64,000 bases of DNA from an uncultured Chloroflexia bacterium (GCA_963833225.1 CAWHXD010000019.1:374075-438074), one strand, 5' to 3'; positions 9,519 to 19,336 are shown, counted from the stretch's first letter. The notes: generated by a model from the sequence alone, not told the origin. Numbers and translations are program-made.

Positions 9519-10883
9519 GACCCGGCTCCCTGGGCTGTCCGCTGCGCGGCGGCGACGGGTGTCGCGGCTCCCGGCTCAACCGCGGCTGCGTCACCGCTCT
9601 CGACGTGCTCCTCGTGGTCATGCTTGCGGAGCCACGGCCAGCTGAAGAACAGGTGCGTGTCGCCTTCGCCCATGTTGAGGTAGCGCTCCGCGAGGGTGTA
9701 GAAGAACGCCATGAACGCGCCCCGCACCCACCAGGATCGCGATCTCCACCATCGTCGGCGTGTAGGTCGCGTACGGGTAGACCACGGTGCCGGCGAGCGC
9801 GGTGACCGGGGCGATCTGCCCGGCGGCGACGAACAGGTACCGGTCGAGCAGGATCCCCGCGAGGATCAGCACGCTCGCGGCAACCATTGCCTCGGGGCGC
9901 CGGGCGATCGGCAGCGAGATGATCACGGCCGGGACCACCAGCCCGAGGATGACCCGCGCCCAGAACTGCGCGGCCAGCGGCCCCGTCAGGAGGGCGGTGG
10001 TCGCCTCGCGAAGGCCCCGCTCCTCGCCGTTCAGCCCGGCTGCGATCATGCGCACGGTCAGCGCGCCGACGAGCGCGATCCCGATGGCGAGCAGGAGCCG
10101 TGCCGACGGCAGCGCGACCGGTGCCGCCCGCTCGAAATCGGCGAGCCGCAGCCGGTGGACGAAGTAGAAGACGATGCCCAGCAGCGCGGTGCCGGCAAGG
10201 AACGCCGAGGCGACCATCGTGATCGGCGTGAAGATCCCGTTCCAGAACACCTTCGCACCCAGGACGCCGAACACCGCGCCCAGCGTCGCCGGCGCCAGGA
10301 TCGCGATGATCGAGGCGCAGGTGCAGGCGTACTGGTGGATCTTCGGATGGTCCGTGAACAGGCTCCAGACCTCGACGACCAGGACCACGAGATAGGCACC
10401 GTAGAACACGCCCATCCACCACATGGGCGACGAGGGGGAGGGGACCAGCACCGCCCCGAAGATCATCCGGACCGGGTAGTGCAGGTCGAGGGCGATGATC
10501 AGGAACGCCGTGGTGAGCGAGAGGAGCGCGAGGATCGCGTGGCGCTTCTCGAACGGCTGGAAACGCTCGATGCCGAACACCGTCCCCAGCGACGACGCGA
10601 GGCACAGCCCGCTGGTCATGATCGCGAAGAACGCGTAGCCGATGATCATCAGCCCCCACTCGAACGAGGGCGTGGTCCCGAACACCTCCCAGCCGGGTGG
10701 CAGGGCCACGATCGCCGCGACGGCCATGACGGCCATCAGGGCGAGCAACAGCCCCAGCCATGCCTGGAGCACGACGGGCATGCTCCTGACCTCGGTCACG
10801 AGCGAGCGGGCGAGCGGTCGCGGGGCCAGCGGGATCCGGTAGTCCAGCAGGTGGAGCTCGAGCGGCGTGACGGTCGCGCGCAC
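9515..10883 (-). CDS. NrfD/PsrC-family polytopic quinol-interacting membrane subunit, with an apparent -1 frameshift near 9715
   Basis: ORF 9618..10883 is an about-8-TM NrfD-like protein. Its GTG start at 10883 is preceded by AAGGAGGG. The last about 70 aa continue in ORF 9515..9727, which is a different frame, and that frame's stop forms GTGA with the downstream cytochrome start. The in-frame tail (RVHGVLLHPRGALPQHGRRR) looks like junk. Confidence 0.65.
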
Positions 10884-10886
10884 CCC

Positions 10887-11903
10887 CTATCCCTCCTTGT
10901 TCACCGGGCCGAGGTAGAGCACCCGGGGTTGGGTGCCGTACTCGGGCCACAGGGACTTCGGGTACTGCGTGCGCAGGACCGTGCTGATCTCGCTCTCCGG
11001 GTCCGCGGCGTCGCCAAACTTCCGGGCACCGACGGGACACACCTCCACGCACGCCGGCTGGAGGTTGCGGCTGATGCGGTGGTAGCACCAGGTGCACTTG
11101 TCGGCGACCCCGGGCGTGTCGTTGGGCGCCTGGTCGCCGGCAGGGACGATGTACCGCGCGCCGTAGGGGCAGGAGACGACGCAGTACCCGCAGCCGATGC
11201 AACGGCTGGCGTCGACGAGGACCACCCCGTCCACGGTCTTGTAGGTGGCGCCCACGGGGCACACCGAGGTGCACGGGGAGTTCGCGCACTGCATGCACAG
11301 CCGCGGCATGAAGTAGGCCTCGTCCACCATCTTGCCGGCGGCCGTGGGATCGGTCGAGTCGAACGGGAAGCCGTTGATGCCGCCGTCCGGGGAGTCGATG
11401 TGGATCTCGCCGTCCGTGGTGACCACGTGGCGCTCGATCCAGGTCCGCGTGTACTGGGGCTCCTCCGGGACGTGGTTCTCCTCCTTGCAGGCCGAGACGC
11501 ACAGGCCGCAACCGATGCACGCCGCCGTGTCCACCACGTACGTCCAGCGTCGCGCCTCGGGGTCGTAGGTCGGGATGATCGGCGCGACGTCGGAAGGCTC
11601 CTCCGCAAAGACCGGGGTGAACCTCGCCAGCGCCGCCGCTCCCACCAGGCCGCCGGCGAGCGCGAGACCGAACCCCAGGAAGGCGCGGCGGCTGGTGGAC
11701 GCAGCCGTGATCGCGGGCGCGAGCTCCTCGAGCGGGACGAGCGTCGCATCGGCTGGGGCGGCCTCGACCGGCCGCGGCTCCGCGGGGGCTTCACCAGCCT
11801 CGGCCGGCCGCGCCGCCGCGGGGACGCCGGCGGGCACGGGCGCATCACCGGGCGTGTCCGCGCCGGCGACCGGGGCCGTGGTGGGGGTGGAGTCGTCGGT
11901 CAC
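10887..11903 (-). CDS. Tat-exported 4Fe-4S ferredoxin-type subunit (NrfC/PsrB/DmsB-like)
   Basis: Twin-arginine motif SRRAFLGFGLALAGG. There are four Cys clusters (CIGCGLCVSAC, CMQCANSPC, CIGCGYCVVSC, CTWC...CVEVCP). The GTG at 11903 overlaps the stop of the hexahaem cytochrome (GTGA). A long low-complexity N-terminal leader precedes the Tat motif. Confidence 0.8.
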   Translation of the reverse strand: MTDDSTPTTAPVAGADTPGDAPVPAGVPAAARPAEAGEAPAEPRPVEAAPADATLVPLEELAPAITAASTSRRAFLGFGLALAGGLVGAAALARFTPVFAEEPSDVAPIIPTYDPEARRWTYVVDTAACIGCGLCVSACKEENHVPEEPQYTRTWIERHVVTTDGEIHIDSPDGGINGFPFDSTDPTAAGKMVDEAYFMPRLCMQCANSPCTSVCPVGATYKTVDGVVLVDASRCIGCGYCVVSCPYGARYIVPAGDQAPNDTPGVADKCTWCYHRISRNLQPACVEVCPVGARKFGDAADPESEISTVLRTQYPKSLWPEYGTQPRVLYLGPVNKEG

Positions 11904-12628
11904 GGTGACACCTGGGGGTTGGGGGAGGCGTCGCCCGCGAGGGCCGCGGCGCCGGCGTCCTCGGCGGGACCCCGTCCGGCGGCGTGGCACTCGAGGCAGC
12001 GGGCGTCATCGCTGGTGCCTGCGGGGTGGCGCTGGTTGCGGGCCTTGAAGCCGTCGGGTCCATGGCAGGTGAGGCAGGGCGGCAGGTCATTGAGCGGATG
12101 GAGGACGACCGGCGGCCGATTGGCCGTTCCAACGTGCGGATCGTGACATTCGAGGCACTGGGACACGTAGTGCTGGCCGGGCAGGACCTGGCGGAAGCCC
12201 ATCGGGCGGCCGGTCGCCGCGGTGTGACAGCGCAGGCAGACCTCGTCGGTGGGGACACGGACGGGGACCTGCTCCGAGGTGGCCCGGTCACCTGCCTCGG
12301 CATGCTCGAGCAGGGCGCCATGGCAGCTCTGGCAGCCGATGTCCTTGTGGGCGGCAAGGACCAGCGCCGTGTGCTCTCGCTCGTGGCAGGCCCCGCAGGT
12401 GCTCGACGCGGTGTACGAGAGCTGCAGACCCGCCCACTGCTTCGCGTTGACCGTGCTGTCGAGCGAGTACCGGAGGTACGGGCTCCATGCCATCGCCACG
12501 CCGACCACGAGCACGATCGAGAGGGCCGCGGCGCCGCCCAGGATGGCGGCAGCCGCAAGGAACCCGCCCCGGCGCGTGCGCGGCCGCACCGAGTCCCAGA
12601 AGCGGCGCAGCCGCTGCGACGGCTTCAC
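11900..12628 (-). CDS. Membrane-anchored hexahaem c-type cytochrome
   Basis: 242 aa. It has an N-terminal TM helix and six CxxCH motifs (CGACH, CQSCH, CLRCH, CLECH, CLTCH, CLECH). The GTG start at 12628 overlaps the response-regulator stop (GTGA). Confidence 0.8.
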   Translation of the reverse strand: MKPSQRLRRFWDSVRPRTRRGGFLAAAAILGGAAALSIVLVVGVAMAWSPYLRYSLDSTVNAKQWAGLQLSYTASSTCGACHEREHTALVLAAHKDIGCQSCHGALLEHAEAGDRATSEQVPVRVPTDEVCLRCHTAATGRPMGFRQVLPGQHYVSQCLECHDPHVGTANRPPVVLHPLNDLPPCLTCHGPDGFKARNQRHPAGTSDDARCLECHAAGRGPAEDAGAAALAGDASPNPQVSP

Positions 12629-13341
12629 AGGACGGAGGGGTTCAGGAGACCGCGGCGGACCGTGTAGCGCAGCAGCTCGACCCGGTCGTGCAGGCCCAGC
12701 TTCTCCATCACGTTGGCGCGGTTGTAGTGGACGGTCTGCTGCGAGAGGCGCAGCGACTTCGCGATCTCGCGGTTGGTGTGGCCCATGGCCGCCAGGAGCA
12801 GGATCTGACGCTCCCGTTCGGTCAGCGACTCGTACGGGTCATCGAGCGTGGCATCAGGGGTCCGGCGCACGTAGGTGTCGACCATCCGGGTGACGATGGC
12901 CGGGCTGACGTAGGTGTGGCCGGCGGCCACGCTGCGGACCGCGCCCGTGATGTCGCTGTCCTGTGCCTCCCGGGTCAGGAAGCCATTCGCTCCCGCCTTG
13001 AGGGCCACCGAGAACTGCTCCGTGGCGCAGCGGCAGTCGAGCGCGATGATCTTGGCGTCCGGGCAGGCTTCGCGGATCGCCTCGATCGAGTCGTAGGTGC
13101 CGCATCCGAACCCGCCGACGCTCTCGCACTCGAGGACGATCACCGCCGGTTGGACGACGCGGGCCTGGTCAACGACCGAGTCCCGGCCGTCGACCTCGCC
13201 AACGACGTGCATGTCCGGGGTGGCGTCGATGACCGACCGCAGGGCCGTCGAGAGCATCGGGAAGTCGACGATCGCGAGCAGCACGCCAAGCCGGTCCACG
13301 GCGGGCACGGCCCCGCCCCGGGCATCGGAAACGGAGGTCAT
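12625..13341 (-). CDS. NarL/LuxR-family two-component response regulator (REC + LuxR HTH); no cognate kinase in the window
   Basis: The real start is the internal ATG at 13341 in ORF 12625..13746; the upstream 135 aa are Arg/Pro junk. The REC domain (LLAIVDFPM...VVGEVDGRDS) and C-terminal LTERERQILLLAAMGHTNREIAKSLRLSQQTVHYNRANVMEKLG are present. Confidence 0.8.
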   Translation of the reverse strand: MTSVSDARGGAVPAVDRLGVLLAIVDFPMLSTALRSVIDATPDMHVVGEVDGRDSVVDQARVVQPAVIVLECESVGGFGCGTYDSIEAIREACPDAKIIALDCRCATEQFSVALKAGANGFLTREAQDSDITGAVRSVAAGHTYVSPAIVTRMVDTYVRRTPDATLDDPYESLTERERQILLLAAMGHTNREIAKSLRLSQQTVHYNRANVMEKLGLHDRVELLRYTVRRGLLNPSVL

Positions 13342-13352
13342 GACGGGCGTGA

Positions 13353-13691
13353 TCAGCGTGCCTGCGGCGTTCCCGTGTCGTCCCCGTGGCGGTTCCTGAC
13401 GACGTATGCCCAGAAGAAGGGCATCGCAACCATGAGCACGGTGACGAGCGCGGCGGCGAGCATGGTCGCCTGGGCGCCGAGGTTGAAGTAGACGAGCATC
13501 AGGGCCACGTAGGCCAGCGCGGAGCCGCACCACAGGGTGAGGGTCACGAGGCCCAGCCAGGCGGCGATCCGGGCGCCCCGCCCGCCCCGAGACCCGTACG
13601 CGAACCACGCGACGAGGGCCACGATGCCCTCGACCAGGAACAGCATCGGGACGACCAGCGCGACGGTTTCGGACAGTTCCGTGATCTGCAT
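13353..13691 (-). CDS. Hypothetical 112-aa membrane protein with three predicted TM segments
   Basis: A hydrophobic ORF that ends 11 nt upstream of the response-regulator start on the same strand. It is probably co-transcribed. Confidence 0.5.
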   Translation of the reverse strand: MQITELSETVALVVPMLFLVEGIVALVAWFAYGSRGGRGARIAAWLGLVTLTLWCGSALAYVALMLVYFNLGAQATMLAAALVTVLMVAMPFFWAYVVRNRHGDDTGTPQAR

Positions 13692-13813
13692 CCCCGAGGT
13701 CCCCAGTGCGTATCGCGGCCGCGACAGTGGTCGATAGGGGAATCATCGGTCACGGCCGTCGGTTGGAGCAGGGGCCAAGGGGGAAAAAGTGGCCCGTACC
13801 GGTCGATACATCC

Positions 13814-13848
13814 GGACGGCCGTTCGGACCCGGATCGAACGGCCGTCC
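13814..13848 (-). terminator. Perfect 13-bp stem / 9-nt loop hairpin downstream of mtnA; candidate terminator
   Basis: GGACGGCCGTTCG-gacccggat-CGAACGGCCGTCC. A second hairpin at 13772..13795 is followed on the minus strand by CTTTTTCCCCC. Confidence 0.5.
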
Positions 13849-13948
13849 GCATTCGGGCGATGTGCGTGGCCCCGGAGCCGACGCTCGTCGCCGGCCTGCC
13901 GCCAGGACCGCTCCGCCGGCGTGATCGGCGTCCCGCTCCTCGTGCCCC

Positions 13949-14956
13949 TCAGGCCCCGCCCGGCGTCTCCCCGCGGTCGGTCCGGATGACCCGCCGGTCG
14001 GTGACGATGGCGGTGATGAGCGACGCCGGCGTGACGTCGAACGCGGGGTTGAGCGCCCGGGTCCCGAGCGGAGCGGACGGGATATCGCGGAAGGACGTGA
14101 CCTCGCGGGCGTCCCGTTCCTCGATCACGATTCCGTCGCCGGTGGGCGTGCCGGCATCGATCGTGGACTCCGGGGCGACGACCAGGAACGGGATCCCCGC
14201 GTGGCGCGCGGCGAGGGCAAGCGCCAGGCTGCCGACCTTGTTCGCCGTGTCCCCGTTCGCGGTGATCCGGTCCGCTCCGATCAGCGCGATGTCGGCCAGC
14301 CCGCGGGCCAGCACCGACGCTGCCGCCCCGTCGACGAGCAGACGATGCGGGGCCCCCATCCTGGAGAGCTCCCACGCCGTCAGCCGCGCGCCCTGCAGCA
14401 GGGGCCGCGTCTCGAGCGGAAGCGCCTCCTCCAGCAGGCCGCGGGCATGAAGCTCGCCCACGACCCCGAGCGCCGTTCCCCGCTCCACGGCGGCCAGCGC
14501 GCCCGTGTTGCAGATGGTCATCGCCCGGACCCGGGGCCGAGCCACGAGCGTCCGGACCAGGTCCGCGCCACGGGTGGCCATCGCGGCACAGGCGGCAATG
14601 TCCTCGTCGCGGACGGCGAGCGCCTCGGCGAGGACCGAAGCCAGGCCGCCGGGCAGCTTCGCCAGGGCACGATCCGTTCCCCAGGCGAGGTTCACCGCCG
14701 TTGGGCGTGCGGCGCGGAGCCGTGTCGCGCCGGCCCGGACCGCTCGTGCATCACCGGGATGGAGGCGTGCCAGCAGCGCGACGCCCATGGCACCCGCGAC
14801 GCCCAGCGCCGGCGCACCCCGCACGGCGAGCCGCGAGATGGCATCCACGAGGGCATCAGGCGACGCCACTCGGAGGATGACGAGCTCGTCCGGGAGCCGC
14901 GTCTGGTCGATGAGGTGGATCTCGCCGTCAACCCAGTCGATCGTGCGTTCCGTCAT
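13949..14956 (-). CDS. mtnA: S-methyl-5-thioribose-1-phosphate isomerase (eIF-2B alpha/beta/delta family)
   Basis: 335 aa. The MtnA/eIF2B-like signature is present (AVRGAPALGVAGAMGVAL, GADRITANGDTANKVGSLALALAA, NPAFDVTP). Confidence 0.8.
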   Translation of the reverse strand: MTERTIDWVDGEIHLIDQTRLPDELVILRVASPDALVDAISRLAVRGAPALGVAGAMGVALLARLHPGDARAVRAGATRLRAARPTAVNLAWGTDRALAKLPGGLASVLAEALAVRDEDIAACAAMATRGADLVRTLVARPRVRAMTICNTGALAAVERGTALGVVGELHARGLLEEALPLETRPLLQGARLTAWELSRMGAPHRLLVDGAAASVLARGLADIALIGADRITANGDTANKVGSLALALAARHAGIPFLVVAPESTIDAGTPTGDGIVIEERDAREVTSFRDIPSAPLGTRALNPAFDVTPASLITAIVTDRRVIRTDRGETPGGA

Positions 14957-15090
14957 GGCGTGGCCACGCTAGCATGCGCCCATGTCGGATCTCATCGCCC
15001 TCGCGGCCTCCGTCCCCGCCACCACCGTTGATCGCCCGGCGGCCCTTGACCGAATCGACGCGGTCGCAGACCACGACGTGGAGGGCTGAC

Positions 15091-16974
15091 TTGGCCGTGC
15101 CTCGCGGCCCCGGGATCGGGGAGCGCCTCTCGTATCGCTTCGACCGGTTCATGGAGCGGGGCACCATCGCGCTGATCGCGGGCCTGGCCGTCGTCTCGGT
15201 GCTGATCATCGTGGTCATCGTGGCGCTGCTCGTGCTGTTCCGTGGCGACGACGGGCACGACATCCCGTCCTTGCTCTGGATGTCGATGATGCGCACGCTC
15301 GACCCGGGCACCGTGGGCGGGGACGAGGGCAGCGGCCGGTTCCTGGTCGGGATGTTCGCCGTCACCCTCGCGGGCATCTTCGTCATCAGCACCCTCATCG
15401 GGATCCTGAGCAACGGCCTCCAGGACAAGCTGGCGGCGCTGCGCAAGGGGCGATCCCGGGTGCTGGAGCGCGATCACGTCGTGATCCTCGGCTGGAGCCA
15501 GCAGATCTTCGACGTCGTGTCCCAGCTGCTCCAGGGCGGCGCCGGACGGCCGGGCAACGCGATCGTGATCCTGGCCGATCGCGACCGCGTCGAGATGGAG
15601 ACGGAGCTCCGAGATCGGGTGAAGATCCCTCGCCGAGCCAGCGTCGTCTGCCGGACGGGTCGCGGTTCCGACCTCTCCGACCTGCCCATCGCCAACCCGG
15701 ACGAGTCCCGGGCGATCATCGTCCTCCAGGGCAGCGGCGGCGACCCGGACGTCGAGGTCCTCAAGACCATCCTCGCGGTCACCGGTCGGCATGAGCGGCG
15801 CACGGAGCCGTACCGGATCATCGCCGAGGTTCGGGACAGCGCCAGCGAGGGCATCGCCCGTCTCGTCGCCGGCGACGAGGTCCACCTGCTGCTCGCGGAC
15901 GAGCTGGTCGCGCGGATCATCGCCCAGACCAGCCGCCAGTCCGGGCTGTCCACGGTCTATCTCGAGCTGCTCGACTTCGCCGGCCACGAGTTCCACGTGG
16001 CTGCGATGCCGGCGCTCGATGGCCGAACCTTCGGCGACGCGGTCGCCGCGGTCTCGGGCGGTGTCGCCGTGGGCATCGTGGGGGCCGGCGGCGCCCGACT
16101 GGCACCGTCGCCCGCCGACGTCCTGGGCGCCGGCGACCGGATCGTGATCCTGGCCGAAGACCAGGACTCGGCGCGGTTCGGCGCTCCCCTCGAGGTCGAC
16201 ATGGGGGCCATCCATGGCGCCGAGGCCCGCGAGCCCGAGCCCGAGCGGACGCTCATCCTCGGCTGGAACCGCCGGGGTCCGGCCATCATCCGCGAGCTGG
16301 ACCAGTACGTCGCGCCGGGCTCCGAGGTAGTGGCCGTATCGGCCCTGGACTCGGTGGTCGATGCCGGCGCGATCGAGGGGCTCGCGAACCTTCGCGCCTC
16401 CGGCCGGGTGCTGAGCTCCACCGCGCGGCCGGTGCTCGATTCGCTCGACGTTCCCTCCTACCCGCACGTGATCGTGCTGTGCGAGTCGGACGACAGCGAC
16501 GCGGACCTGGCCGATGCCCGGACGCTGCTGACCCTGCTCCACCTGCGCGACATCGCCTCGAGGAGCGAGCGACCGTTCACGATCGTGTCGGAGATGCTCG
16601 ACGAGGGTGACCGGGAGCTGGCCGAGATCTCGCAGGCCGACGACTTCATCGTCAGCTCGCGGCTGCTGTCCCTGCTCCTGGCCCAGATCGCGGAGACGCC
16701 GGAGCTCGCGGACGTCTTCCGGGAGCTGTTCCACGCGGAGGGCGCCGAGGTCTACCTGCGGGAGGTGCGCGACTACATCGTGCTCGGCAGGCCCGTGTCG
16801 TTCGCCACGCTCCAGGCGGCTGCCCAGGCCCGCGGGGAGGTGGCCCTCGGCTACCGGATCGCCGCCCGCGCAAAGGAGCCGGGTGCCCGATATGGGGTCG
16901 TGCTCAACCCGGACAAGGGCGCGGCGGTGACCTTCGTCGATGGTGACCGCGTGGTGGTGCTGGCCGAGCGCTAG
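15091..16974 (+). CDS. CASTOR/POLLUX-type ion channel with tandem RCK (TrkA-N) domains
   Basis: The TTG at 15091 follows GGAGGG at spacing 6. The N-terminal YRFDRFMERG box and TM region are followed by two RCK_N-like domains (HVVILGWSQQ..., RTLILGWNRRG...). Confidence 0.75.
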   Translation: MAVPRGPGIGERLSYRFDRFMERGTIALIAGLAVVSVLIIVVIVALLVLFRGDDGHDIPSLLWMSMMRTLDPGTVGGDEGSGRFLVGMFAVTLAGIFVISTLIGILSNGLQDKLAALRKGRSRVLERDHVVILGWSQQIFDVVSQLLQGGAGRPGNAIVILADRDRVEMETELRDRVKIPRRASVVCRTGRGSDLSDLPIANPDESRAIIVLQGSGGDPDVEVLKTILAVTGRHERRTEPYRIIAEVRDSASEGIARLVAGDEVHLLLADELVARIIAQTSRQSGLSTVYLELLDFAGHEFHVAAMPALDGRTFGDAVAAVSGGVAVGIVGAGGARLAPSPADVLGAGDRIVILAEDQDSARFGAPLEVDMGAIHGAEAREPEPERTLILGWNRRGPAIIRELDQYVAPGSEVVAVSALDSVVDAGAIEGLANLRASGRVLSSTARPVLDSLDVPSYPHVIVLCESDDSDADLADARTLLTLLHLRDIASRSERPFTIVSEMLDEGDRELAEISQADDFIVSSRLLSLLLAQIAETPELADVFRELFHAEGAEVYLREVRDYIVLGRPVSFATLQAAAQARGEVALGYRIAARAKEPGARYGVVLNPDKGAAVTFVDGDRVVVLAER

Positions 16975-17033
16975 CCCGGCTCGGGCGTCGCCCGGTCGGT
17001 CGCTATCGCCGGCGCAGGCGCTCGCGGGCGTTG

Positions 17034-18864
17034 TCAAGCAGGATGAACAGCCCAAGGCCCGCAAGGACCAGCAGCACGAGCTCGCGCAGATACGTCCACG
17101 CGAGCAGCAGCGCGGACACGGACGCCAGGATCACCGTCACTCGGAGCAGGAGCGTCTCGACGCGTCGCTGGCGCGAACGACTCGATCGCGAGGTATCCGA
17201 TCACGAGCAGCATGACGGTGGCGCCCACGGGCAGGATCTGGAACCACAGGATCACGGCGAGCGCGATGACCAGGACCCCGACGCTCAACGCCGCCCACGT
17301 CTCGGCAAACACGCGCCGCCGGGTGTGGTCGGGCGGCTCCGGGGTGGCGGTAGACGTGAGGTGTTCCCGAGGATCGCCGCGGTAGCCCGCGTCATAGCGG
17401 GCGAGATACGCCTCGGCCGCGGCCGCCGCGGCCCGCAGCTCCGCCGCGGCCGCCCGCTGCGACGCGAGGCGGGCCTCGCCGTCGGCCAGCTCGGTCGCCC
17501 GGCGAGCCCGGTACTCGCCAAGCCCGGAGGCCTCGGCCAGGGCACGGACCTCAACACCCAGCCCGGGAAGGGTCGAGGCAAGCTCGGATGCCTCGGCTTC
17601 GATCGCGCGCCGTTCCGCATCGAGGGTCGCAACGCGGCCCTCGAGCGTCGCACGCGTCTCGGCCGGCGTCGGGATCCCGGCCAGCCCGACGAAGCTCAGC
17701 GGGTCGTTCCAGGACTGGCGGACGGTCCCGGCGCGTGTGTACTTCGGCCCCGCGGGCGCTCGCTCGCCCGCCATCCGGTCCCCGGTGTCCAGGCCCCACA
17801 GGCCCCGGTACGCGTCCACCCACCCGTCGGCATCCGAGACCAGGACGGGGCTCCACGCGATCTCCTGGCCCGGGCCGACGGTGACGCCGTCGCCACGCGC
17901 ATAGTCCACGAACGGGATGCTCACGAGGCGCGCGATCATCTCGGCAAGGTCGCCGGGGTCGGGCTGGTTGAGCGTGTCGCGCCACGTCCGTCGGACCCAG
18001 TCGAGAATGCCGCGCTGCAGCGCGGACCCGGGCAGGGCAAGCCGCATGATGTACTCGCCAGGCTCGACGTACGTCGCATGCGGACCCGGCGCCGGGGTAG
18101 ACGACGACGTGCTCGCCCTCCTTGCGGAGCGTGGGGTCGTCCCAGCGGCGGCGCAGGTCCGCGCCACGCTCGTCGTGCGCCGCGGCCGCGAACCAGATCG
18201 GGATGACGTCCCCGTCGGGCAGCTGCTCGAGGATCACGAAGGCCTGCTCCCAGTCGGCCTCGTGGTCATTGGCGCCCTCGAACGTCGAGCGCCAGTCATT
18301 CATCGGGTAGAAGAACAGGTAGTGCAGGACGACCCAGCCATCCTGGCGGACGACGCGTCCGTGATAGCTGACCCGCGGGTCCCTCGAACGCAGGCGCTGG
18401 TACTTGATTGCGGCCGCGGCGGCCGTGCCGCCCGGGACCTTGCCGCGCACGAGGAGCGAGGCCACGACCCCGGCGTCCAGCATGCGGGCGAGGATGCCCA
18501 CGCGAGCCAGGCGCCCGGGCGCGCGGAACCGTGGCCGGTCTGGCCGGTTCATGAACCTCGCGAGCTCGAGCGGGTTGAGCGGCTCCTGCACGAAGCGCAG
18601 GAAATGGGCTTCCCCGGGCGGCGCGTCGCCAATCGCCGCCAGGCGCTCGGCGTCGAGCTCGCCGACCGGGACCACCACCCGTGCGGCTGACGGCGTGGGG
18701 CCAGAGAGCAGGTCGCATGCGGCCAGGTAGCTCGTCGCCGGGGTGGGGAAGAACTGCTCCCCGTGCGTGAACCGCAGGATCGGCTCGAAGCGGCGAAGCA
18801 GGGCCTCGTCCCCATCGCCCGGGCTCGCCGGGGCCGCGGGCGCCACGCCCACCGGGACGGTCAT
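17034..18864 (-). CDS. Large hypothetical protein (N-terminal domain with FFYPMNDW motif, coiled-coil Ala/Glu-rich middle, C-terminal TM helix), with an apparent frameshift near 18075
   Basis: ORF 17551..18864 (...VVVYPGAGS) continues seamlessly in ORF 17034..18167 (HATYVEPGEYIMRLALPG...). Deleting one nucleotide in the run tccgcatgcg would restore a single frame. Confidence 0.5.
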
Positions 18865-18898
18865 TCGCGTTGCCCGGCCGAGATGCGTGCGCGGTCGA

Positions 18899-19336
18899 GG
18901 AGGTCACACCCAGGACCTCGCGGACCTCGCGCTGGTTGAGGTAGAACACGGTGATGATGTTGAGCCCCATCCACAGGTGGTTGGCGCCGCCGTTCGCGAA
19001 GCCGTAGAGATCGAGCGCGATGGCCAGCCCGGTGACGACCATCGCCAGCAGCCAGCCCACCCGCCTGCGGCCCAGCATCCCCAGGGCCGAGACCACCAGC
19101 ACGACGCCGTAGATCGCGAGGATCGAGCCCGCCCACGGCACCTGTCGGACCAGCGCGATGAAGTCGGGCGTGGTCGAGAGCGCGACCGCGGGCTGGAGTG
19201 CGACGAAGCTGGTCCCGCCGACCAGGATGAACACCAGGATCGCCCTGAACAGCATCACGCCGGAGAGGATGTAGAGCGTCAGCGGCAGCCGCCGCCGGGG
19301 CGATCCCGAGGCGGGCAGGGGAGCAGGTTCCGACAT
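18899..19336 (-). CDS. Hypothetical membrane protein with about four TM segments; 3' end uncertain
   Basis: The hydrophobic core MSEPAPL...LYILSGVMLFRAILVFILVGG...IAIYGVVLVVSALG...GLNIITVFYL lies inside the junk ORF 18296..19993. The ATG is at 19336. There is no in-frame stop before the ATG of the next gene at 18864. Confidence 0.4.

Noticed and set aside
8788-12146. Very long ORFs on both strands (8788..11520 minus, 9711..12146 plus) across the cytochrome/Fe-S/NrfD genes
   Set aside because: Arg/Pro/Gly junk with no cysteine motifs or TM helices. The real genes were identified by CxxCH and Cys-cluster signatures in other frames.
14992-17064. 690-aa minus-strand ORF antisense to the RCK channel gene
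   Set aside because: High-GC antisense artefact. The product is low-complexity.
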